Positions 1 to 11,896 of a stretch of DNA of 64,000 bases are shown in pieces. The notes beneath the pieces are model-generated. The model searched no databases, had not been told where the DNA came from, and saw only the letters and a program-made list of their open reading frames with translations. Location: positions 1,054,001-1,118,000 of the forward strand of contig OZ287084.1 of NCBI GenBank assembly GCA_965645245.1, in the 5' to 3' direction. A program made the translations under genes and the position numbers. This DNA comes from Massalongia carnosa (taxonomy: Eukaryota). The first letter of the stretch is position 1; every line of letters starts with the position of its first letter.

Positions 1-913
1 ACCCGCTCGATAGCTTTTTTTAGCTTGTCGGGAGGTAGACGGGCTTCCATGCGTTGGGTGTCTAGCGTTAACCCGAGAAAATCGCAGATGTGTCCCGTCT
101 CTCCCTTTGATGCGTTTATTCGCATGCCCAACTCTTCGCACAACGTGTCGAACGCGGACTCGTAACGAGAAGCTTCCTCGCTGATCTTGACGATTGCGAG
201 GAAGTCGTCTAAATAATGTAGGATTAGTCAGGTTTGAACGATTAACATCCAATTTATTCCCTTGGCAAAGAGATTGAAGATGAATGGAGAGGTACGAAGA
301 CCGAATGAGAGGAAGATGTTCATTCAATACGAATTGTTTCATTGAAAACCTAGTAACCATCAGTCCGTTCTTGCGACGGGAATGTGCCGGAAGGCGTCCG
401 CGAGGTCGCGTTTCACGAGATATGCTCCTCGTTCGACGTTAAGAAGAGCTTCTAATGCTTCATCAAATGATGTGTATTCTAGGGCGCCTCATTCAGCGGG
501 AATGTGATAATTGACCGAGCCTTTGCGTGGATGAGACAAGTGATGAATTCTTCGCCATTTGTCATTGGGCTTGGGGACGAGGCCCAGCGGGGAGGACATA
601 AAGTGAGACGGTGATTCCCCTACGGGTATCACTCGATGCTGTCGAATTTGTTTGTCTAGATCTTTGTATAACACTTCAGGTGCGTCTTTGGCCGAGGATA
701 GTTCGGGCTTAAGATACGCTGTTTTGGTCCTGTGTAGCCAAGTCTTGCCCCGTATCGAATGATGTTAAGAATCGTCTTTTTGTAGACTCTATCTGGATGT
801 TTCTCTAATCGTCATTTCCATCCCGCTGACTTAAGCGGGCACCGTACCTCGTCCGCATCTATCCGGTATGGAAAACCTTCGGAAATAGACGAGAGGGCGC
901 TTGGGACGGATAG
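1..913 (-). pseudogene. Ngaro pol (reverse transcriptase) N-terminal part, disrupted
   Basis: Begins LSVPSALSSISEGFPYR...GWK*RLEKHPDRVY. ORF 489-674 and the YLDD motif lie downstream. Confidence 0.85.
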
Positions 914-2031
914 TCATGAGGTGGGCTTGCTTTGTTGTTGAGGATATGGATTTACACGCGTACGACAATCGCGTTGAGGATGATGACGTCCGCATGACGC
1001 GCACGCGTGACGAAAAGTGCAGTTGGTTGGGCATTCGTCACCGTTATTTTATCGTCTCCACGCTGCTATGCCGCGTTGATCGTCTTGACTTGATATGCGT
1101 TGAACGAGGGAGTTCGTGCTTTGTATTCGACGAAGATTGGAACCCGCGTTGTATTCGATTTTCCGACGAAGGTCTCGTTCTTCTAAACCTCTGTTCGGGG
1201 TCCGCCAACCGCGTGGATCATCTACGCCCTCTACAAGGCGGGCTTTGTGAAAGCCGAAGTGAAATTGACGAATTGATTCGAATGTGTATAGAAGAGACCA
1301 GTCTAGTAATTGATCAATGTAGACGTGCATTGCCACCTGCAGTTCCATTTGTGTGCCCGCGTGAGCGATGTGAATGACGATTGACAGTATAGGAGGAACG
1401 CGCGAAGAAGATGTGTGATTCCTCTTGCGTCCGAGGCCAGAGCATCCTCTTCCTGGTATTCCACCTCGGTTGATCCAATTCTTAAGTATTTGTTTTTGGG
1501 CTGAACTGACTCGTATTCGGTTGACAGCTTCATAATGTTTTCCACCTTGAACTTGTTGTCGCGGTTGTTTTTGAAGTGTTCCGTGTCCACCATTGGGAAT
1601 CTCGCTATCAGAGAATGAAATATAGGGGACGCACCCTCAGCATGAAATGTCGCGAACGTGCTCTGTCTCGCTGATAGTGTTAGAGGATTCGTGGGTTGGG
1701 TGGCTTCTGTGCGGGACGCCGCCGCCTCGTCTCTGAGGCGTTGTATTTCGCGTTCGAATTCCGCCTCCTCTTGTTCAATTTCCCTGCTGTTTGCTTCGGC
1801 TAGTAGTCTTTCGGCTTCCGCTCCGAGGGCCACGCAACAGTCTGGTGGCGGGGTTACATCGGGGGAGGGGTGGCGTGAATCATTTTCAATTGTGGCTTCT
1901 CTGGAGTCTGGTTGGGATGTGACTCGGCCTGTTCGGCTGCGTGCGCCTCTGCCTCGACCACGATTGACGGGCGCGCCGCGAGGAGGATTCGTCTGGCGAT
2001 TTTCTCGCCCGATTTGACTGCGTGTGTTCAT
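914..2031 (-). pseudogene. Ngaro gag-like ORF1 with C-terminal Cys/His finger
   Basis: ORFs 1303-2031 and 1049-1348 are frameshifted. Reading continues past a stop at 1049-1051 into ECPTNCTFRHACASCGRHHPQRDC and ends at TGA 914-916. Similar to 7138-8213. Confidence 0.75.
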
Positions 2032-2459
2032 GATGTGAATTGGATGTAGATAATGGGTTTGCTTTGAGATGGGGATATGAAGAAACAGCGAAACACGATC
2101 TATGATGAGTGTTGATGAGGAGAAAGAAAGAGATGAAGAGGTGAAAGAGGTGAAGAGTTTTCACCTCCCTGCTAGCGTCTAGCTCTGTCCAGCTCACACG
2201 CCGGGTGCCCCCCGTCACGGTGACAACTTCACTAGCCCGCAGCAAGCTGGTGCGTTATGATCGTGATTTTAAGGATGAAGAGTACTGTTCAGCAGTCTTT
2301 GTTTCATAACTGATCATCCTCTGCCAAGCGAGGTGATAAGATTATTCGAGTCGATCTTATCTAATCTCTATGCTAAACCTAATACGGCATCTACGATCTA
2401 CGTACATGTTTTGTTCATCTTGAGCAGTCGTAGATGCTATGTTCATTGAACTAATAAGT

Positions 2460-2604
2460 TGTCACGATTCGACCATGCTCATCTTACTTCCTACCTTTCT
2501 ATCTACCTCGGCCCTCGGAGTATCGTTGCGGCTCTGCGGAGCATAGACCGAAGGCTGAATGGGACACTTATGCTCTGCTAAGCGATAATTATCGCCCGTG
2601 ACAC
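2460..2604. repeat. LTR-like fragment starting TGTCACGATTC (may continue at 6406-6414 after the Crypton)
   Basis: Same first 11 nt as the gypsy LTRs. It ends either at CGTGACA 2603 or at CATGACA 6414, whose flanks TAAGT/TTAGT are a near-TSD. Confidence 0.35.
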
Positions 2605-5600
2605 TTAGCGGCGTTTAAAATCTTTTTCTTGTCACGCCAAATAGCCTTAGTACATAACCCGAAGTTGTAGTCTCGCGCAGCGAGAAATTTTTTTATTTTG
2701 AAGCAATTTAAACCGTCAAATAGAGCCTTCAACGAGTAAACCCGTGCCTGAATTGTCTGATTTGATGTGCTGTGAAGTGTGGGATCGCCGTGCAAAACCG
2801 ACGCCCTGCTTGACCCTGATCGTTGCGAAAGTCGACATTTGCGCTTCGCAATCGAACCACAAAGGGATTTTGTTAGAATTTTGAAACTGGGTTTGCTGAA
2901 AGAGCTTCTTCTGAATAGAAGAAGCATGTTATCCCGAGTAGAATTAGCGTAGCGCTGATGGCGCGATACGTGATGCAGTTGCACGCCTCGTCACAAGATG
3001 TCCCACCAAGTCACAGAAACGAGGAGGTACTACGGGCACATTACGAGTGATCGCTTCTTAGTAGAAACGGTGTTACAAGCCTCCATGACTAGTACTCGTA
3101 GAGAGAAAGAGAGGTATCAATGACCTATCCACGAAGCAGATCCACCTCAGCGTCAATACGCTTAGAGATCTGATGTCCAGAGAGCCCCAAACTGTCAACT
3201 TCCCGCGCAATATCCCACGGATCCCTTCCCTGCTCATTCGCCTTCCCCTGAAGATACCGACGGATCCGTCTTTTGACGTAGAACCGCTGCCTCAGGACAG
3301 GAGTGTACCTCCACTTAGCCCCGAAGAGGCGGTCCAACTAGTCGAGAGACGTACGCCGGACCCCCTTCACCAACGTCCCCACCGCGAATTCCTTCAACAC
3401 CGCCTCCGCCGAGGTCACGCCGCCGAGAATGGGCTCCGCCGGGCAGTCAGGAGGACGTTGAGGCGGCCCCTCTTGGGGGAGGGAGCCACAGGGCGCAGAG
3501 ACCGTAGACGCCTCTCCGGGGACCGAAGTGAGGACGACAGAAGGTGTAGGAAGGAGAGAAGCGACTGCGTCGACGTACGAGGACGCCGACGCAGCAGGCT
3601 CTTCACCAACGGAGTGCGCCGCCGTCGCAAGAGCAGTCGCCTGCCCTCGCCAAGAAGCCTCGTCCAGCAGCCAGTCCCTCCGAACAGCCTCCACAGGAAC
3701 CGTCAGAAAGGATCGAGGTAGCGTCGAGACCGTGGCCTGCAACTGTGAGAGCTGCGAACCCAGGACTCGAGCTATCTCCTGGGCATTTGTCGCCGGCAGC
3801 GCACTCAAGATGGTCGTCAGCTGGCTCTGCCCGGAGAGCAACCTCTTCACAGCGTTGAGCGTGCGATCTTGCTTGATCGCAACATCGCTGACCTTGTTAC
3901 TGACGCCATCAACGGAGTCAGCAACAAGAGGCAGCACGCCGTGGATGGCCACGTGTAAAGGTTTCTTTTCTACGGCCTCCAACGCCCGTATCTTCGCCGC
4001 GAACGCAGGCCAAAGGGGATCTCTGAAGACTTGGTGTCTTCAGAGCGAAAGCTCAGGAAACTGAGGCTGTAGAAGCGCCGCGTTTTGCAGGAAGACACAA
4101 CGCAGCCGCAGCAACATCTTCAGAACCTTCTTCCCTGTCTTATCCGCATCAGGAAAAAGACTGCCTTTGTACGCCGCCAGAGCGTCATCCATCCAAGGCC
4201 ACACCTGCCGCTGCAGGGCCAGATCCGGTGAGTGTCCTCCTCTTCTTAAAAAGTAACTCCCGGGGGAGTTGCCAAAGCCGGCGGCGCGACGCATGTAGAC
4301 ACGCGGCAGGCGGGTGAGGTAGTTAGTGGCCCAGACGCCACGTTCACATCCGCCTGCTCTCATGATCTGTAGTAGTTGATATAAGGATAATGCTAGTAAG
4401 TATAAGGGGCCATGAATCGTAGAGTACTTGCCTTGGTCCGCGGGGATTTTTCACATGTCGGCCGGCCGTGACGAGGACTGCCGCATGATATGAATCGTCT
4501 TGAAGCTGTCGACGCCGACAGCATTCAAAGCCGGCTTAACTCATCGAGCCTGTGTTTTGTCGAAGATCTCCTTCTTAGATCGCGCTAGGCTCCCGAAGAT
4601 GACCTTCGTGAAATACCACGAAGATCGATTTCGGAAGTCTGACCGCTTCTTCAGAAGGAGGTCCCAGCGCAAGACGAGTCAATGAGCGAGGGCGTCGAGA
4701 GGACAGAGGACGACATCTCTGCTCCGCAAAGCATCATGATAATGCTGACGACGCGAGTTGCCCCCGTTCGTCAGAGGAATGCTCTTGCCCTGACCAATTC
4801 GAAGAATCAACGCAAGGCATTCGAACTCCTCGTTAGAAAGATCGTAGGCGCAGAGGTCAGATAGCTCAGCCCTTCGCGTTGACTTCCCCCGCAGCATCAT
4901 CGAATGCATTAGAAGGAAGTCGAGGCGAGTCCGCAGAAGATGCCACTCGCCGTCCGCCACGCCCTTCTCCCCCAAAATCTTGCCCCCCGGCGAGCAGCAT
5001 TGCTGAAAATTGAGCGGCCTGCTCAGTCGTGTAGCCGTCGGTGAGGCCGTGAATCGCGCGATCCTCGAACGAGGCCCGCTTTGAAAGCGCTTCAATCGAT
5101 GCGTAAGCGCGTCATCAGGGCTTTGATGACTTTCCCTCTGAGATGAGTCATCATCAAATTCTCTTCGAGATGCTGATCATCGAAGAGGACGCAGAGGGCA
5201 GAGACGTAGCCCGATTCCACGCTATCGGGCGCCAGGGGTCGGGATAAAGGATCGTCGGCTTGCTGCAAGACGAGTCAGTAAGCTACAAAAAAAAAATTCT
5301 ATTTCTGAATTCGAGTTCAGGGAGCGACTCACCGTCTCAACGAGCTCCTCGCCGTCGGAGAATTCCTCGAATTTTTCCACCTCCTCCACCTCCTCTTCTT
5401 CTATCGCTGGCAAGGCTTTCACCGGCTCCATCGCCTTCCCCTTCCCCCTCTTCAACGCGCGACGCTTAGCCTGTTGTTGGCGATTCTGATCCCACCGCCT
5501 GGCCTGCGCTGCTGCGCCTGTGAGCTTGAAACGTGGGACGAAGCGCAGGCGGAGGACGACCTCTTCGAGGAAGAGGAGCATCTTCCGCTCCCACAAAGAA

Positions 5601-6405
5601 CGCCGTCAGAAAAATTGCGACATCGGCACCACTTCTGTAGGATGTTAGCGTAGGCCCAAATTTGCAGGAAATATCTATCGTAGTCACCTCTTATAAATAT
5701 CAGCACTTGCGGTACGTCTTAAGGGTGTTGGCCCTCCGATCCTTCTCCCGCATCCCGCGGACGCGCCTCATGGTGGCTGCCATGGCGGCCTCGTTGTTGC
5801 CGTGGGTGGCATAGGCCTGAGACTCACGCTTGACGGCGTCGACATCAACGTAAACCTCAGGAGGAGGCCAAGAAAGAGGCGCCGCCGTCTCCGGATCTGC
5901 GACGGCGGGGCCTGCAGCGGAGGGGCCCGGGTCCATCGTGCGGCTGCCAAAGATGGTATTCGTGGTATGTAGAACGCTCGTTGATCAGCAAGTCGCTCGC
6001 GGCGCAAAACGGGGACAGTCAGGCTTTTTGCAGTTCGACTGAATGGGTCGAGGAGGGAAAATCGTGGTATGGAGCTTGGTCACGGGCGATATTGTCCATA
6101 CAGCGTGACGATTTTGCAGGGTAACGCCTACATCACCCCTCCACAGCCGAACACCAAAACTCGCTTGACAGGCGATTTTTACTAAAGATTTTTCCAATAT
6201 CTTGCTTTGGAAAATTTTCTTAAATAACCACGCTTCAGTATAAAATATCATAAGGTTAAAACCGAATGTCAATCAAGCTGCACTTACAAAATTACAAGTT
6301 TGAACAGCTTGTAAAATAATCTGATGTTTTTATCAGACTTGCAAACATAGTAAAGTTTGGTGTTCGGGCCCATTTTGTCACGCGCGTGCCCCACTAGTGT
6401 TTAGC
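2605..6405 (-). mobile_element. Crypton (tyrosine-recombinase DNA transposon, fungal CryptonF-like), decayed; ends tentative
   Basis: NDC10-II-like recombinase plus GCR1_C-like C-terminus. No TIRs. Candidate TTAGC direct repeats at 2605-2609 and 6401-6405. Confidence 0.65.
3125..5936 (-). pseudogene. Crypton tyrosine recombinase (NDC10 domain II-like) with GCR1_C-like DNA-binding domain
   Basis: Motifs LRTRLDFLLMHSMMLRG, ELSDL, CPLDALAH, TIHIMR (HxxR), NYLTRLPR, QVWPWMD, FLQNAALL and DRLFGAKWR. Spliceosomal introns at about 5635-5687 (GT..GCTAAC..CAG) and 5263-5332 (GTGAGT..CTGAC..CAG). Stops and frameshifts present. Confidence 0.8.
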
Positions 6406-7137
6406 TGCATGACATTAGTAATCAGAACATCAATATTTTAATATTCCCCTATTCAACTTCACTCCCATTTCAATCGATGATAGATCTTCAAAGTCACTGA
6501 TTCAAGGTCTTATTGACACTCCGCTGGAGCTTTTTCAGTTTTTCATTACGCCTCAGCATTGTCGTACTATCGCATGTCATACTAATATCAAGGCATACGA
6601 TCATATGAAAAAAGAGAAAGAAAATAATCCTCGCGCATGGCATGACACGACTGAACCAGAAATAGAGGTGTTTTTGAGCCTTCTTCTATGCATGAGTATG
6701 AATCAGACGCCTGCTACAGAGGATTATTGGAATAGATGCTCCGATAAGCCCATTTTCATATCTATTCAACAGGCTTTGTCCCTTAGACGATTCCAACAAA
6801 TCAAAAGATTTTTGAAACTCAATAATAGGCGTACGAAGGCTTCCGGCATGAGCAAAGGAGCTGCTTGATGAAAGAAATTAGAACCGCTTGCTACCGGTTT
6901 TCGTGAGGCCTCGTTGGAGTACTATGAACCAGGAGACATCATATCAATTGACGAACAATTAATTAAATTCAAAGGTCGATCACGTCATACTTTACAAATA
7001 ACCTCATCATCTCGGATTCGGAGGTAGCACTGCATAGTAGTTTTTGAGTCCAATCCAACAATCCATCCTTCTTCCCTTCTTCATCTTCGATAAACACGTA
7101 TAAACCTAGCTCCACTCTCCTCCCTTCCATAAACAGA

Positions 7138-8213
7138 ATGCCTACTACCCGCCGCATTGCGTCCACCGCCGACGATAGCGGCCCCACTGGCCCCATCACC
7201 CCCCTTGTGCCTGACTCTCAGCCGACCTCCGCAACAATGCAGGCCGGCCAGCCAGCGGAAGAAGGGCCTACACGCCCCGGTACCCCTGATGAGCTACTTG
7301 AACTTCGCGTACAACGCAACATTTTGGTATGAGAGGGGCGCCAGGCCGAAATGAGAAAGCTTAGGAAGGAAATTGTCGACAGACAGGCCGCGTTGGAGGT
7401 GGAGGAGGCCCCTACGGGATTTCAGCATGGGGGATCCCAACAGACAAATCAGGCCTTTCAGAGCGAAGGTACGGATGACCCAAGAATCCTCCCTCTGACA
7501 AGTGACTTTCCGGCCATAAACCAGCTGTATTTCAAGCAAATTTTGGAAAATAAGTTTGACCCCATCAATATCGCCAAGATGTGCAGCGACGTTACTCTGA
7601 GCAAGTCTGCGAAGGAATCTATCAATATTAGCAAAGGTCTGGAGGTCATTACTGGCGAGGATGACGCATCGTTGAGCGACATCAAGGGTATCACCCGCCT
7701 AATTCGTTGTCTTTTGGTATACTGGCAAGCGGTATTGCACTTTGCACAACCAAGTCTGTTCAAAGATCTAGCAAGGGCCTTCATGAAATACGAGGACCGG
7801 CTGATTTTGCTTCACAATACCTACACATGGGAGTCGTTGCTGCAAGTTCATATGCTATTTCATAGAACGCTGTGGTATCAAGGAGTGGACGACCCCGTAA
7901 AATGGAGGCAAAGCTACCCAGACTTGGAAAACACATAACTGGTTAAACGCGACAGGCCCCTCAACAACCTTCAAACCCGGACCGGATTTAGGGGATACAC
8001 AACCAATTCAAACAGCAATACTCCAAGGCCCTACCCTTGCCATCGGTATAACACAGGCAAGGACTGCCGAGACTGCAGATACCAACACGTCTGCAGCAAC
8101 TGCGGGAGACAGCACCCAGCACTTAGTTGCAAGGGCAACACCCCAATAATAGCAACCCAAGTAGCCAATCTCGTAACAATCCAAATTGGACACCGGTCAA
8201 TAGGAAGAATTGA
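7138..8213 (+). pseudogene. Ngaro gag-like ORF1
   Basis: ORFs 7138-7332 and 7351-7938 are in one frame with premature stops, followed by CHRYNTGKDCRDCRYQHVCSNCGRQHPALSC. Confidence 0.8.
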
Positions 8214-9812
8214 CTAGCCGGCCCATATGACCATATCGCGGAAGGTTTTCCGTACAGACTGATGGACAAACTCGAGGCTCTTCAGCAAGGACCACTCATC
8301 CTCGCCGGCTGGAAGAAGCACCTAGAAACTCATCCCGATAACGTGTACAAGCAGGCTATTTTTGATATTATTCGGTATGGGGCCAAGATTGGGTATACCG
8401 GCCCAGAACAATTCATCCTCAGCCCCAATCTGCTATCAGCAAAAGAAGCTCCTGATATACTCACTAAAGATGTCGAGGAGCAGAGGGATAAGGGACGATT
8501 GACGCGAGTAGATATTCTTCCCTCCAAGTTCATATCATCCCCATTAGGTCTCGTACCCAAATCAAATGGTACATGGCGCCGTATCCATCATTTATCTCAT
8601 CCTGAAGGATCGTCGGTAAATGACTTCATCCCTCAGGAATGGGGGGCCTTGGAATACCCCACATTCGATGACGCTGTCGCCAAAGTAAGAAAACAAGGAA
8701 AAGTGTGCATATTAGTAAAAAGGGATTTCTCCGATGCCTTTCGCCATATACCCGTGGCTAAAAGCGACTGGTGGTTGCTGGGATTTCAATGGGATAATGT
8801 TTACTGGATGGAGCGCTTTCTACCTTTCGGCTTGCGCACGTCTCCTTTTCTATTCGATTTGTTTGCAAAGGGGATAAATTGGATGTGTTTACAAAATGAG
8901 CTTCATTATCTAGATGATTTCATGGCAGTTTGCCGCACTAATCCCGAAGCGGAAGCTTTCACTGGGTACTTCTTCGATCTTTGCAAAGACCTTGGAATCG
9001 CAGTCAACGAAAAGAAAAATATAACTGGTCATGTAATCGATTTCTTAGGCATTGGATTGGATACAATGCTCATGAAAGCATGGCTACCACCAGAAAAACT
9101 GCAGAAAGCCAAAGACCTCGTCAAACAGGCCTTGCAAAAATCATCGATTAGAAGGGAGGAATTAGACTCCTTGGTGGGATTTTTGTCATTCGCAGCTAAA
9201 GTGGTAGTGCCAGGGAGAGCTTTCCTCCGACGTCCTTTTAACGCAAAAGCCATATCTCGTGGGCGTCATATTCATATTAACGAGAATATCAAAGCCGACC
9301 TGCAGTGGTGGCATCTTTTTTTACCTAAATGGAATGGCATTCGCATGTTAGACCGTCCTCGCGAGACATTTCGTCTTTGGACGGACGCATCAGGGTACGG
9401 CATTGGGGCCTACATCCTAGTGGAGGATCATACCAGTTTTACCATGCCCGCTGAGCATGCACTTTCTGAACGTTTCACGTCTCGGCTTAGGCCAACTCAC
9501 ATCAATGTCAAAGAAATGACAGCGATATTACACGCTTTGCGTAAATGGCCCCCCCTTTGTGCAGGGAGCCATGTGATTTTCCACTGTGACAACTTTGCTG
9601 TCACGTCAGGAATAAGGAAATCATCTATTCGTGGAAACGCTATGCGGCCTCTTCGGGCAATCGCAATGCTGACCGCTATTCATGATATTCGGATTGAAAT
9701 ACGTTGGATCCCAACAAAGTCAAATGAGCTCGCTGACCTCCTATCGCGGGGCAAATTGGAGAAAATCGCTAACAAATGGCCCAATTTACAGGAACTTCTA
9801 CTCAAATCCTAG
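8214..9812 (+). CDS. Ngaro pol: reverse transcriptase and RNase H
   Basis: Open from 8214 (first ATG at 8262). Motifs LPFGLRTSP, HYLDDF, WTDASG, INVKEM, HCDN and NELADLLSR. Confidence 0.92.
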   Translation, partial: LAGPYDHIAEGFPYRLMDKLEALQQGPLILAGWKKHLETHPDNVYKQAIFDIIRYGAKIGYTGPEQFILSPNLLSAKEAPDILTKDVEEQRDKGRLTRVDILPSKFISSPLGLVPKSNGTWRRIHHLSHPEGSSVNDFIPQEWGALEYPTFDDAVAKVRKQGKVCILVKRDFSDAFRHIPVAKSDWWLLGFQWDNVYWMERFLPFGLRTSPFLFDLFAKGINWMCLQNELHYLDDFMAVCRTNPEAEAFTGYFFDLCKDLGIAVNEKKNITGHVIDFLGIGLDTMLMKAWLPPEKLQKAKDLVKQALQKSSIRREELDSLVGFLSFAAKVVVPGRAFLRRPFNAKAISRGRHIHINENIKADLQWWHLFLPKWNGIRMLDRPRETFRLWTDASGYGIGAYILVEDHTSFTMPAEHALSERFTSRLRPTHINVKEMTAILHALRKWPPLCAGSHVIFHCDNFAVTSGIRKSSIRGNAMRPLRAIAMLTAIHDIRIEIRWIPTKSNELADLLSRGKLEKIANKWPNLQELLLKS

Positions 9813-10806
9813 CACGCGACCCTCCCGAAAGCTGGTATAGCGAAATACCTCTATCCCGACCAGCAGCTAGATACCTGTGGTGGGGCTTGGCAGTTAAAAC
9901 CCGCAGTCTGTATGACACAGGGAGAAGAAGCTATGTAACACACTGCAGAATATCAATGAACGCGACTCCATTTCCAGCAACCATACAGACCTTGTCATCT
10001 TGGATAGCGATGCTAGGAGAACAAAAATACAGCCCAAAACCATCAAGGCCTATCTAGCCGGAGTTCGGTCCAGCCAAATCGACACGGGCTTTGAGGATCT
10101 AGAAACGTTTCACCATCCCGTACTAAATAGAATCATTGCCAGCATAAAGCGAAAGAATGGCGAAGCCGACAAGAAAGAGCGAATGCCCATTACGAAAAAC
10201 ATACTCGTTCGTTTAGTGAAACGATTGGACTTAGCCGACAACGCGCAGGCCACTCTACACGCAGCATACTGTCTGGCATTCGCAGGATTTCTTCGCGCAG
10301 GCGAATTTACGTACACTATCAGAGACCTAACAGACCCAAGCTTCGAATCATGGCATTTAACTAGGAAATCCGTCCACTTAGAAGCAGATAAGCAGTTCCT
10401 CTCCTTCCCGGCGTCCAAAACCGACACCTTTCGTCGAGGCATTACGCTAACGATAGCCGCATTAGGGGACGAGGCCTGCGCGGTAAAATCCCTTCGTAAT
10501 TTGATCACCCGGTTTCCACTACCTGCAACCTCCCCTTTATTCTATAAACAAAAGGCTTTCACACGCGAATATTTGACCACCGCGATGCGATCAGGGCTTA
10601 AGAGCTTAGGCATAACAGGTAATTATTCAGGTCACTCTTTCCGAAGAGGTGCAGCGACGACGGCCAAGGAAGCCGGTCTTAGCGAGAACGACATTCAATT
10701 ACTAGGCCGGTGGAAGTCAGACTCCTACAAGCTTTATATCCAAACGCATCAATCCCACATCTTAGCCACCTCACGCCGTTTTCAACACCCTCCCCCAGCC
10801 TCCTAA
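9776..10806 (+). pseudogene. Ngaro tyrosine recombinase (one frameshift near 10021)
   Basis: ORFs 9776-10057 and 10000-10806. Catalytic motifs GFLRAGE, SKTD, HSFRRG and GRWKSDSYKLY. Overlaps the end of pol. Confidence 0.9.
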
Positions 10807-11028
10807 ACAGCATCGCCGCGCGAGCCGTTTCCATCTTAGGCTTGGGAGTATCCACCGCGATCTGCACCAAGGCCCGAAAGGGGGCGCTAGGTAGAGGCGC
10901 CGGCGAGAGTGACGGCGCCAGCGAGGTGCAGATCGCTGTGTTTCCGCCAACCTTAGAAATAGAAGCAATACGAGGTCACATGAAATAGCCAGTTCATCTA
11001 TGGTGAGAGCTAGTGCGGGACCGATGCT

Positions 11029-11091
11029 ATTCGGCTACCAGCGGATTCGGCTACCAACGGATTCGGCTACCAGCGGATCGACTACCAGCGG
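11029..11091 (+). repeat. 16-bp tandem repeat ATTCGGCTACCARCGG, about 4 copies
   Basis: Read directly in the Ngaro 3' non-coding region. Confidence 0.9.
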
Positions 11092-11255
11092 TTCTCCACG
11101 CATGACGGGGACAACAGGTGATGCAAAATCCGGACCTCTTCGGTTTTGCACGGTTATCCGCCAGGAGCTGATTCGGATAACGACCGGGGATTGAATATGG
11201 ATGACAGGGGGGAGATGGAGGCTATACAGAGGGCCAAAGCAGTCCTACATCTCTA

Positions 11256-11403
11256 CGCCGCGCAACGGGTCGGGTTTCTCTACTGAAAACCCAACCCGTT
11301 TGTGGCGAACCCTATGATTTTTGGTGTCCGGGTTGAGTTTTCAGAGAAAAACCCGATGGCGAAAAAGCAATTTTGTGGCGAAAACCCAACCCGTTGCGCG
11401 GCG
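11256..11403. mobile_element. 148-bp MITE, Tc1/mariner-type (TA TSD)
   Basis: TIR CGCCGCGCAACGGGTYGGGTTT at both ends, TA at 11254-11255 and 11404-11405, plus internal inverted repeats. Confidence 0.9.
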
Positions 11404-11896
11404 TATAAAATCTCCTCATAATCTCGGATTCGGAGGTAGCACTGCATAGTAGTTTTTCAAAGTAGGCTGATAAAGGATTTAAAGTTTATACTCTTTGTCA
11501 GAGTAATTATTTGATATCAATTTTGTTCGCCTTCAAAGTGAGTTGATTGATTCTTTATTCTGACTTTGGAAAATGATACGCGAAACCGCTTGTTTTTGCC
11601 GCAAAATCACGCTGTTTTCCATTTCTTTTCTCGTAATAGGCTAGAATAACTAGAAAGAAGCAGGTCACGAAAATCAGTCAATTAAAAATAGCTAGACAAT
11701 TGAGATTTTTAGCAAAAGATAGTCTTTCAGATAGTGTTTTGTTGGTAATTCAGCTTTGTAAAACACTTCCCGAACCACTGAATTATACTCTCTTCTGCGA
11801 CAATTTCTTTACCAGCACGAAGCTATTCAAAGCTCTTCGATTACTAGGAATTGCTGCATGCGGGATAGCCAAAAAAGGCCTTGGAATTCCTGCGGA

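Larger units (their letters stand above)
1..2245 (-). mobile_element. Decayed Ngaro/DIRS-type tyrosine-recombinase retrotransposon, copy 1 (runs off the left edge; 5' boundary approximate)
   Basis: Minus-strand gag-like ORF pieces and RT motifs (SSPLGLVPKPNDKWRRIHHLSHP, KRDLADAFRHIPV, HYLDDFLAI) are colinear with the element at 7002-11457. Multiple stops. Confidence 0.85.
7002..11457 (+). mobile_element. Ngaro/DIRS-type retrotransposon, copy 2, apparently full length
   Basis: gag, RT-RNase H and tyrosine recombinase ORFs. 44-bp terminal direct repeats (7002-7045 and 11414-11457, 1 mismatch). Inserted in piggyBac A with no TSD. Confidence 0.92.

Noticed and set aside
3125..5936. Host NDC10 or GCR1 gene
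   Set aside because: Multiple stops and frameshifts and a TE-only context fit a decayed Crypton.
6378..6398. Helitron 3' end or CACTA terminus (CACGCGCGTG palindrome then CTAG)
   Set aside because: No matching other end and no Rep/helicase or CACTA transposase found.
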